From positions 4,448,001 through 4,512,000 of the forward strand of contig JASGHG010000001.1 in assembly GCA_047602425.1 (NCBI GenBank): 64,000 nt of DNA, given 5' to 3'. The translations under genes were made by a program, and so were the position numbers. This document shows, piece after piece, positions 16,035 through 24,124 of the stretch. The notes beneath the pieces were generated by a model. That model was given only the letters and a program-made list of their open reading frames with translations. It was not told the DNA's origin and ran no database searches. This stretch comes from Nibricoccus sp. Lineage in GTDB: Bacteria; Verrucomicrobiota; Verrucomicrobiia; Opitutales; Opitutaceae. The first letter of the stretch is position 1. Each line of letters starts with the position of its first letter.

Positions 16035-16110
16035 TGGTGGAGCAGACCGGGATCAAACCGGCGACCTCGTCGTTGCGAACGACGCGCTCTATCAACTGAG
16101 CTACTGCCCC
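16035..16110 (-). tRNA. tRNA-Ala (anticodon CGC), prophage integration site
   Basis: GGGGCAGTAGCTCAGTTGATAGAGCGCGTCGTTCGCAACGACGAGGTCGCCGGTTTGATCCCGGTCTGCTCCACCA; cloverleaf, G3.U70 identity pair, encoded CCA. Confidence 0.95.
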
Positions 16111-16319
16111 ACGTGGAGCGGGTGGTTTTGAGCAAAGTCGGGCGGCGAGTAAACACCAATTTTTACCGCAAATGACTGATAGCGCATATTACGATTGGGA
16201 AAATTTAGCGCTTAACCCGTGTTGGTCCCTAATTTGCTATTGCTTGAGTCGAGCCTTGTTTCGAAAATGCACGCGTTGATCAAACAACAATAAAATAGTC
16301 CGAGGAGGTTCATATACCT

Positions 16320-16754
16320 ATGAAAAAAACAACGAAAGCCACCACGACTACCCTAGCGACGCCGGCGCCCTCACCGGCAAAGAAGACCGCCACCACCGCT
16401 CCCAAGACACCGAAGACCACCGCGAAAAAAGTCGCCGCTCCGGTTGCCACAGCTCCGGTTGTTGCCGCTCCGGCCGTGAAAGCGGCGCCTTCGCCCAAGG
16501 TCGCAACCAAGATTGTGGCCAACATCGACGTCGGCTTCGGCAACACGCTTTACATCCGCGGCGAAGGTCCAGGCCTGAATTGGGAAAAAGGCATCCCGCT
16601 CGATTGCGTGGCGGACGATCAATGGTCGCTCACACTGTCGGAGACTGCACGCCCGGTGGTGTTCAAATTCCTCATCAACGATCTCACTTGGTCGATCGGC
16701 GACGATTATCTCGTCCAGCCCGGCAGCACCGCCGAATTAACACCGGTATTCTAA
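16320..16754 (+). CDS. K/A/T/P-rich N-terminus plus CBM20-like carbohydrate-binding domain
   Basis: Histone-like low-complexity N-terminus, then DVGFGNTLYIRGEGPGLNWEKGIPL...W...FKFLIND..W. Confidence 0.65.
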   Translation: MKKTTKATTTTLATPAPSPAKKTATTAPKTPKTTAKKVAAPVATAPVVAAPAVKAAPSPKVATKIVANIDVGFGNTLYIRGEGPGLNWEKGIPLDCVADDQWSLTLSETARPVVFKFLINDLTWSIGDDYLVQPGSTAELTPVF

Positions 16755-16805
16755 AGCACGCGGCTTCGTTTGGCCGGCTCCTCTCGTGACTTCGAGAGGC
16801 CGCAA

Positions 16806-17501
16806 TTATTTTTTATCGGGGTTTATCGCCGCAAGGCGTTCGCCCAGTCGTTTCGCGCTGTCGTCGCGATCGGCCAGTTCATCGGTTGAAACGACTTCAC
16901 ATTGCAGGCGGATGCGGGAAAAGGGCAGGGGAATATAAAAGCCGTCCCAGCTTCCGAGTTGTTTTGCGCGGCCAAATTCTGCTCCGATCAGCAACATCGG
17001 TGCGTGGGCGCGGCGGGCGACGATGACGCCGCCGGCCTTGAATTCGTAGCGGGGGCCCCGGGGGCCGTCCGCGGTGATCGCGATGTCGTGACCGTCTTTC
17101 ATCACCGTGACGAGGGAAGTCACTGCTTCGCGACCGAGTTTGCTGCTCGAACCTCGCACGCTTCGCATGCCGACGAGGGAAAAATACGCGTCGATCCAGG
17201 CGCCATCCTTGCTGGCGCTGATCAAACAATAAACCGGCCGGCCCTGGCGATAACGGCGAAAGATTTCAGAGCCGAGAAACAGGCGATTGTGCCAAACCAT
17301 CATGGCGACTGGCACGTCGACTTTGCGCAGATTCGCGACGGTTTCCGGCGTGGCTTCAAAACGAAGTGACGCATTCCACAGTCGCACCAGCCAGGCGAGC
17401 GGCGTTAACAAGGTCCGCCGCCAACCCCGGATGGCGTGGATGTGAACTTTGGCGGGGATGGCGGGGTTGGGGGTGACGGCAGGGAGGCTGGGATCTGACA
17501 T
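16806..17501 (-). CDS. DUF374 / lysophospholipid acyltransferase-family protein
   Basis: WHNR, ISASKDG, VRGSSS, ITADGPRGP and SWDGFYIPLPF motifs; start trimmed to MSDPS. Confidence 0.8.
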   Translation of the reverse strand: MSDPSLPAVTPNPAIPAKVHIHAIRGWRRTLLTPLAWLVRLWNASLRFEATPETVANLRKVDVPVAMMVWHNRLFLGSEIFRRYRQGRPVYCLISASKDGAWIDAYFSLVGMRSVRGSSSKLGREAVTSLVTVMKDGHDIAITADGPRGPRYEFKAGGVIVARRAHAPMLLIGAEFGRAKQLGSWDGFYIPLPFSRIRLQCEVVSTDELADRDDSAKRLGERLAAINPDKK

Positions 17502-17712
17502 GGGCAACGAGGTTGTTTTCACGGATATTCCCACGGTCGCCAAGCCAAGAGATCGCCTTCGCAAAGATTCGTACTGGAAGACGATTCGTCTGGATTGCGG
17601 TTGATACCGTGTAGGCGATATTTCGTCACACGTGGCTTGTCTTTGTCGCGTGGATTCGCCTTGCGAATTTCCTGCGCAGCCAAGTCGTTCCAAACCCCGA
17701 TTCCTCCCTATC

Positions 17713-19155
17713 ATGCTGCGTCATTTTCTTGTTTTGCTCGCCTGTTCGTTTCTGACCGCCTCGATGCAGGCGCAAGCGACGGCTTCCGCTCCCAGCGCTT
17801 CGGCGACCCAAGCCGCTGATGCAGGCGCGCGCGAACCCGGCCAGCGATCACCGGGCAATCAACCTGGGCGCCTGCAGCCCGCTTATCCGGTGCCTTATGC
17901 GCCGGCGAAGGTTGAGGAGATCAAAGCCGTGCTCGATCGCGTGCTGGCTTATCTGGAAACCGCCAGCGCAGTCAAAGTCATCAATCGCGACACCCGCGAG
18001 CCGGTGACGGATCTCGCGCATTTGCCCGCCAACGCCGCTCTCGACCGCACCGATTTTTTGCTCACGAGTTATGAGTGGGGCGTCACTTACGCGGGCATGC
18101 TGCACGTCGCGGCTGAAACTCGCGATGCGCGTTATCGGGATTACGTTGCGGTGCGGCTTAACGCCATCGCGACGCTCGCCGCCCATCTTCGCCAACAACC
18201 CGCTCCCGCCAAAGAAGAGCAACCCGGGCCGCAACGCATGCTGGCGTTGCGCTCGGTTTTAAAGCCGCAGTCGCTCGACGACAGCGGCTCCATGTGTGCG
18301 GCGTTGATCAAAGCCAGCCGGGCCGGCGTGAATCCCGAAGCGCTCCGGCCGTGGATCGACAACTACATGGCCTGGGTGTTTTCCGGGCAGTTTCGTTTTC
18401 CCGACGGCACGCTGGCGCGAAACCGTCCGATGAACAACACGCTTTGGCTCGACGACCTGTACATGAGTGTGCCCGCGCTGGCGCAGATGGGTGTGCTGAC
18501 CGGCGACGGAAAATATTTCGACGACGCGGTGAAACAGATCCTGCAATTTTCCTCGCGCATGTTTGTGGCCGAAAAGGGCCTTTACCGACATGGGTGGGTT
18601 CAGGACATGGAGCCGCACCCGGCGTTTCATTGGGCGAGGGCGAATGGTTGGGCCATTGTTGCAATGACGGAGTTGCTGGAGGTGCTGCCGGAGAATCATC
18701 CGGGACGCGCGGCGGTGTTGAAGCAGTTCCGCGCGCATGTCGCCGGGCTGGCGCCGTTTCAGGACAGCACGGGGCTTTGGCATCAACTGATCGACCGATC
18801 CGACTCCTATCTGGAAACCTCCGCCTCGGCCATGTATGTTTATTCGATCGCGCGCGGCATCAACCGCGGCTGGCTCGACGGCAAGGCCTACGGCCCGATG
18901 GTTTCGCTGGGCTGGAATGCGGTCGCGCAAAAGGTGAACGCCACCGGTCAAGTCGAAGCCACGTGCGTGGGCACGGGCATGGGCTTTGATCCAGCGTTTT
19001 ATTACCACCGGCCGGTGAGTGTGTATGCGGCCCACGGATACGGGCCGGTGCTATTGGCCGGCGCCGAAATGATCGCGCTGCGCAAGACCGAAGGCTCCAA
19101 GCAAGCCATCAGCGACGGTGGCTTGCACTTTGCGCCATCGCCTTCGCGCAATTAA
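17713..19155 (+). CDS. Unsaturated rhamnogalacturonyl hydrolase (GH105, YteR/YesR-like), secreted
   Basis: Signal peptide; YEWGV, LDD, WLDDLYM, HWARANGW, GLWHQ and YLETSASAM. Confidence 0.88.
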   Translation: MLRHFLVLLACSFLTASMQAQATASAPSASATQAADAGAREPGQRSPGNQPGRLQPAYPVPYAPAKVEEIKAVLDRVLAYLETASAVKVINRDTREPVTDLAHLPANAALDRTDFLLTSYEWGVTYAGMLHVAAETRDARYRDYVAVRLNAIATLAAHLRQQPAPAKEEQPGPQRMLALRSVLKPQSLDDSGSMCAALIKASRAGVNPEALRPWIDNYMAWVFSGQFRFPDGTLARNRPMNNTLWLDDLYMSVPALAQMGVLTGDGKYFDDAVKQILQFSSRMFVAEKGLYRHGWVQDMEPHPAFHWARANGWAIVAMTELLEVLPENHPGRAAVLKQFRAHVAGLAPFQDSTGLWHQLIDRSDSYLETSASAMYVYSIARGINRGWLDGKAYGPMVSLGWNAVAQKVNATGQVEATCVGTGMGFDPAFYYHRPVSVYAAHGYGPVLLAGAEMIALRKTEGSKQAISDGGLHFAPSPSRN

Positions 19156-19164
19156 TCGAACCTC

Positions 19165-21210
19165 ATGAGAATCTCCTGCTTTCTCGCACTTTTGATTTGT
19201 TGCATCGTTACCGGTGCCAGCCTCCGCGCGGCCCGTGTGATGGAACCGCTCGGGCGGGGCGTGATCGCCGTGCAACAGCCCGATGGCAAAGTTTTCGTGA
19301 GCTGGCGTTTGCTCGCGACCGATCCTGCCGGCACGGCTTTCAATGTTTATCGCGTCACCGCGGCGGCGCCACGCGACGCCAGACGCTTTGGACCACGCCC
19401 TGACGGAGCTGCCCCCGGTCCCAACGGAGGTCCACGGAACGATCGACCGCAGAATCCCAATCGTCGACCTTTCACCCCACCGCCCGATTTCGCGGCGGGC
19501 ACGGTCAAGTTGAACGAACAACCCCTGACCGGCCCGACTTGGTGGCTCGACGCGATGCCGCACCTTGATCGAGAGACAAAGTATTTCGTTCGCGCGGTCC
19601 TCGACGGCAAGGAAGGCGAACCCAGCGCGGCTTTTGTTTTTCCGGCGAACGCCGCTCCGTTGCCTTACGTTTCCGTGCCACTGCAAACACCCGAGGGATA
19701 TACGCCGGGCGACGCCTCGATTGGCGACCTGGATGGCGACGGCGAATACGAAATCATTCTGAAACAGGAACAGCGGCCGCGCGACAACGGCGCGGGAGGC
19801 GTCACGGGCGAAACGCTCCTTCAAGCCTACAAAGTTGACGGCAAACTTCTGTGGACGATCCGGCTCGGGAAAAATATCCGCGAAGGCGCCCATTACACAC
19901 AGTTTTTGGTTTATGACTTCGACAGCGACGGTCGCGCCGAAATTGCCTGCAAAACCGCCGACGGCACCATCGATGGCACGGGCAAGGTGATTGGCGATGC
20001 TGCCGCCGACCACCGAACCGAAGCGGGCCATATCGCCAAGGGTCCCGAGTTCCTCACGGTATTCGATGGACTCACCGGAGCGGCGCTGACTACAGTCCCG
20101 TATGTTCCGGGCCGCCATCCGACCAAAGAGGATCCGACGCCTGAGGAATTGAAGGAAATTTGGGGCGACGATCATTACAACCGCGGCGAACGCTATCTTG
20201 CCTGCGTCGCTTATCTCGACGGCGAAAGGCCCAGCCTCGTCATGTGCCGCGGTTATTATACACGCACGGTTCTGGCGGCTTGGGACTTCCGCGACGGCAA
20301 GCTCACTCAGCGCTGGGTCTTCGACAGCGACGACGGCACTCCCGGCAACGAGAAATATCGCGGGCAAGGGAACCATAATCTATCGGTAGCCGACGTCGAT
20401 GGCGACGGACGCGACGAAATCGTTTACGGTGCTTGCGTGACCGACGACAACGGCAAAGGGCTGTATTCAACCGGCTGGGGCCACGGCGACGCGTTGCACG
20501 TCGGCGATTTGGTGCCCTCGAATCCGGGGCTGGAGGTTTGCGACATCCAGGAACGTTTCGACAAGGAAGGCTTGAGCATGCGCGACGCGCGCACCGGGCG
20601 ACTGCTTTTTGCCGTGCCTTCGGTGAAGGCCGACGAAGAAGGCGGCGACAAAGGCGAGGGCCCGGGCCGTGGCAATGCGTTTAATATCGATCCTCGTTTT
20701 CCTGGTTCCGAGTGTTGGGCGCGGGGCGCGGGCATCGATGGGCTTTACGATGCGACGGGGAAACAGATTGTAGCGACGGGACCTCAGGGATTGCCATGCA
20801 ACTTCGGCATCTACTGGGACGGAGATTTGCTCTCTGAACTTCTCGATCAGCATCGCATCGTGAAATGGAATTGGGAAAAGGAGCAGGTGGAACCTCTTCT
20901 TATCGCTCACGCATGTACCTCGAACAACGGCACCAAGGCCACTCCCGCGCTCAGCTGCGATTTTTGGGGCGACTGGCGCGAAGAAGTTATTTGGCGGACG
21001 CGCGACAACAAGGAGCTGCGTATTTATACCAGCACGATCCCGACAAAACACCGGATTTTCACCCTGATGCACGATTCGCAATATCGACTCTCCATCGCCT
21101 GGCAAAATGCAGGCTACAACCAACCGCCACATCCCAGTTTCCACCTCGACGAAAAGGCACCCTTGCCCTCTGCTCCTGTTATTCAACTTCCCGTAAAGTC
21201 GGCTAAATAG
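19165..21210 (+). CDS. Rhamnogalacturonan endolyase (PL11, YesW/YesX-like)
   Basis: MEPLGRGVIA, VSWRLL, GDLDGDGEYE, NIREGAHY, RGYYTR, GQGNH, HGDALH, NNGTK, AWQNAGYNQPPH. Confidence 0.92.
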   Translation: MRISCFLALLICCIVTGASLRAARVMEPLGRGVIAVQQPDGKVFVSWRLLATDPAGTAFNVYRVTAAAPRDARRFGPRPDGAAPGPNGGPRNDRPQNPNRRPFTPPPDFAAGTVKLNEQPLTGPTWWLDAMPHLDRETKYFVRAVLDGKEGEPSAAFVFPANAAPLPYVSVPLQTPEGYTPGDASIGDLDGDGEYEIILKQEQRPRDNGAGGVTGETLLQAYKVDGKLLWTIRLGKNIREGAHYTQFLVYDFDSDGRAEIACKTADGTIDGTGKVIGDAAADHRTEAGHIAKGPEFLTVFDGLTGAALTTVPYVPGRHPTKEDPTPEELKEIWGDDHYNRGERYLACVAYLDGERPSLVMCRGYYTRTVLAAWDFRDGKLTQRWVFDSDDGTPGNEKYRGQGNHNLSVADVDGDGRDEIVYGACVTDDNGKGLYSTGWGHGDALHVGDLVPSNPGLEVCDIQERFDKEGLSMRDARTGRLLFAVPSVKADEEGGDKGEGPGRGNAFNIDPRFPGSECWARGAGIDGLYDATGKQIVATGPQGLPCNFGIYWDGDLLSELLDQHRIVKWNWEKEQVEPLLIAHACTSNNGTKATPALSCDFWGDWREEVIWRTRDNKELRIYTSTIPTKHRIFTLMHDSQYRLSIAWQNAGYNQPPHPSFHLDEKAPLPSAPVIQLPVKSAK

Positions 21211-21227
21211 AAATCCCCTCCATCCCC

Positions 21228-22937
21228 ATGTTCAGTCGTTTTCTTCGGTCGCTCCTCTCAATTTTGCCGGCCTGTGCCGCGCTGGCGCAAACGCCCGCCC
21301 CGACTCCTCCGGCCGCGATCAACACGGATCCTGGCACCAGGCCGATCATTTTGCCAGAACCAGCCAATCCCAAGCTCCCGACCCTGTTTCTGATCGGCGA
21401 TTCGACCGTGCGCAACGGCCGCGATGACGGACAAGGAAAAGGCGCTGATGGTCAGTGGGGCTGGGGTAATCCGCTCGCCGCGTTTTTTGACCAGACGAAT
21501 ATCAACGTCGTGAATCGGGCGGTCGGTGGCCTCAGCAGTCGGACCTATTTGACCAGCGGGCACTGGGAGCGCGCGCTGGCCTTTGTGAAGCCCGGCGACT
21601 TCGTGATCATGCAATTCGGCCACAACGACGAGGCGCCGATCAATGACGACAAACGTGCCCGGGGCACGATCAAAGGCGTGGGTGACGAATCACAGGAAAT
21701 CGACAATCTTCTCACGAAGAAGCACGAAACCGTGCATAGTTACGGTTGGTATCTCCGCAAATTTGTCGCCGATACCCGCGCGAAAGGAGCCACGCCGATC
21801 ATCTGCTCGCTGATCCCGCGCAAGAGTTGGGACGAGGAGGGGAAAATTGTCCGCCACAAAAAAAGCTACGCCGGCTGGGCTGCCGAAGTCGCCGCGCAGG
21901 AAAAAGTCGCATTCATCGATCTGAATGAAGAGGTGGCGCGCCAATACGATGAACTCGGGCGCGAGGCTGTGATGAAGTTTTTCCCGACGACCGTACCCGA
22001 CGAACATACTCATACCAACTGGGCCGGCGCGGTTCTGAATGCCCGTACGGTCGTCAATGCATTGCAGGCTCTGCCGAACCATCAGCTTTCCTCTTTTATT
22101 CTCGCTCAAGAACCCACGCTCACCCCGCCTGCGGCAACGATCAAATCGGCCGAAGACGAGCGTCCCGTGGTTGACGCGTCGAAGGTTCGTGAGGAAAAAC
22201 CGATCAACCCCAAGCTGCCGACCTTTTTCATTGTGGGAGATTCCACGGTTAAAAGTGGCGGCAACAAAGGCATGTTCGGCTGGGGTGAGGTCATCGCGCC
22301 TTATTTCGATCCAGCTAAAATCAATGTCGTCAATCACGCCATTGGCGGACGCAGCAGCCGCACTTTTTTCACCGAAGGCCGTTGGGCAAAAGTCGTCGAG
22401 CAGATGAAGGCAGGCGACTTTGTTATTATTCAATTCGGACACAACGATGGCGGCCGCATTGGCGATCCCGCCAACAAGAATCGCGCTTCCGTTCGCGGTC
22501 TCGGCGACGAAACGGTCGAGGACACCAAACCCGACGGAACCAAAGAACAGGTACACAGCTTCGGCTGGTACATGTCGCGCTACATCGCCGACGCAAAAGC
22601 GAAAGGTGTGACGGTGATTCTTTGCTCGCCGATTCCACACAAGGATAAGTGGGAAAATGGACGCGATTTCGCGGAATTTGCGGAGTGGGATGCCGAACTC
22701 GCGAAGCGGAATGATGTGTTCTATTTCGATCTCACTTTGTTGGTCAGCGATGGTTATAAAAAACTCGGCATGGAAAAAGTAGCCGGCTTCTTTGCCGATC
22801 CGCGCACGCACACGACCGCCGCCGGAGCCCAATTCAACGCGGCCTGTGTCATCGCCGGCCTGAAAGGGTTGAAAAATAATCCGCTCGGCGCCTATTTCTC
22901 GGACAAGGCGAAGGCAACGGAGCTTGTTTCCCCCTAA
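21228..22937 (+). CDS. Rhamnogalacturonan acetylesterase (CE12), two tandem SGNH domains
   Basis: GDSTV...GWG...GGxSSR...QFGHND...DxxxH occurs twice. Confidence 0.88.
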   Translation: MFSRFLRSLLSILPACAALAQTPAPTPPAAINTDPGTRPIILPEPANPKLPTLFLIGDSTVRNGRDDGQGKGADGQWGWGNPLAAFFDQTNINVVNRAVGGLSSRTYLTSGHWERALAFVKPGDFVIMQFGHNDEAPINDDKRARGTIKGVGDESQEIDNLLTKKHETVHSYGWYLRKFVADTRAKGATPIICSLIPRKSWDEEGKIVRHKKSYAGWAAEVAAQEKVAFIDLNEEVARQYDELGREAVMKFFPTTVPDEHTHTNWAGAVLNARTVVNALQALPNHQLSSFILAQEPTLTPPAATIKSAEDERPVVDASKVREEKPINPKLPTFFIVGDSTVKSGGNKGMFGWGEVIAPYFDPAKINVVNHAIGGRSSRTFFTEGRWAKVVEQMKAGDFVIIQFGHNDGGRIGDPANKNRASVRGLGDETVEDTKPDGTKEQVHSFGWYMSRYIADAKAKGVTVILCSPIPHKDKWENGRDFAEFAEWDAELAKRNDVFYFDLTLLVSDGYKKLGMEKVAGFFADPRTHTTAAGAQFNAACVIAGLKGLKNNPLGAYFSDKAKATELVSP

Positions 22938-22966
22938 GCCGGGCGAGTTTCTCAATTCGAATATCC

Positions 22967-24106
22967 ATGCACCATCGGCATTTCATTGCGTTTGCTGCCT
23001 GGATCTTGGGCATGGTTTTTCTGCCCAGCCTGGTCTTCGCATTGGAAAAACCAGAAGTCACCTACAAGATTTTCCAGTTCCCTGCGGACAAAATTCCTCG
23101 CATTGACGGAAACGCTGACGACTGGGCACTGGTGCCCGACGCGTATGCGATTGGAATCGACCAGCTGCACGAGGACTCGAAAAACCATCTGAAGCCCGAT
23201 CAGAAAAACCTCGATGTACGTGTGCGTGTTGGCTGGGTGAAAGGGCTGAATCGCCTCTATTTTCTCTACGAAGCGTCGGACGATTATTGGGACTTCGCGC
23301 AGCCGGGATTGCACAACGATACATTCGAGATCGTGGTCGACGGCGACGCGTCGGGCGGGCCACTGATTGCCAAAGGGCACAAGGAATTTTGGACACCCGA
23401 GCGAGTGGGGGAGCCGGCGGCTGCCGCTGATGATCGCATATCAGTCAATGAGGCCAAGTGGGCCATCCATGGCGTGCACGCGCAGAATTATCACATCTTC
23501 ACGCCGGCGGTGAACAAGGACTGGTGCATGGCCTGGGGTTCGCCCACCTGGATCAAGGAACTGCCGTGGTCCAACGCCGCGTATTCCTTCAATTTCAAAC
23601 CGGGCGAACCGGGCAAACTTGTATTGGAATTCTGGATAACACCTTTCGATTACGCGGGTCCGGAAGGGCCGCAGCGCGCGGTGGAATCCGTGTTGAACGA
23701 AAACAAGATCATCGGACTTTCCTGGGCGGTGATCGACTACGACGACGTGAAGGCGCCGGGAAACAATGGCTTTTGGAATCTCTCGCCCAAGCACACGATG
23801 TACGGCCACGCTTCGGAACTTTGCGCCTTCAAGCTCATGCCGCTCGAACCAGCGCTTCAATCCAAGCTTGCTGCGCAATGGACTTGGAAAGTCGTCGATA
23901 TGGATCGACGTCTAGTCGCTTTCAAGGATTTGTCGGTGGGGACTATCTCGTCGTGGAGGTGGGATTTCGGCGATGGCGCGACCTCGACAGATCAACATCC
24001 GGAGCACGCTTACAACAAACCCGGCAACTACGTCGTGATTCTTGACGTGACGGGCCCCGACGGCACGTCTCGCCGTTCCAAGGTTTGGGACGTGCAACTC
24101 AAATAA
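22967..24106 (+). CDS. Secreted PKD-domain protein with CBM9/DOMON-like N-terminus
   Basis: PRIDGNADDW start; C-terminal WRWDFGDGATSTDQHPEHAYNKPGNY PKD motif. Confidence 0.75.
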   Translation: MHHRHFIAFAAWILGMVFLPSLVFALEKPEVTYKIFQFPADKIPRIDGNADDWALVPDAYAIGIDQLHEDSKNHLKPDQKNLDVRVRVGWVKGLNRLYFLYEASDDYWDFAQPGLHNDTFEIVVDGDASGGPLIAKGHKEFWTPERVGEPAAAADDRISVNEAKWAIHGVHAQNYHIFTPAVNKDWCMAWGSPTWIKELPWSNAAYSFNFKPGEPGKLVLEFWITPFDYAGPEGPQRAVESVLNENKIIGLSWAVIDYDDVKAPGNNGFWNLSPKHTMYGHASELCAFKLMPLEPALQSKLAAQWTWKVVDMDRRLVAFKDLSVGTISSWRWDFGDGATSTDQHPEHAYNKPGNYVVILDVTGPDGTSRRSKVWDVQLK

Positions 24107-24124
24107 CCGCAATTTTCCACTTCT

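Larger units (their letters stand above)
995..16052. mobile_element. Integrated PM2-like (double-jelly-roll, tailless) prophage, 15,039 bp between att cores
   Basis: 19-bp direct repeat at both ends duplicating the tRNA-Ala 3' end; integrase next to the tRNA; HUH Rep, packaging ATPase, DJR-type MCP and small membrane proteins in PM2-like order. Confidence 0.88.

Noticed and set aside
995..16052. ICE/IME or tailed prophage interpretation
   Set aside because: No VirB4/T4SS, MOB-type relaxase context, terminase, portal or tape-measure genes recognised.
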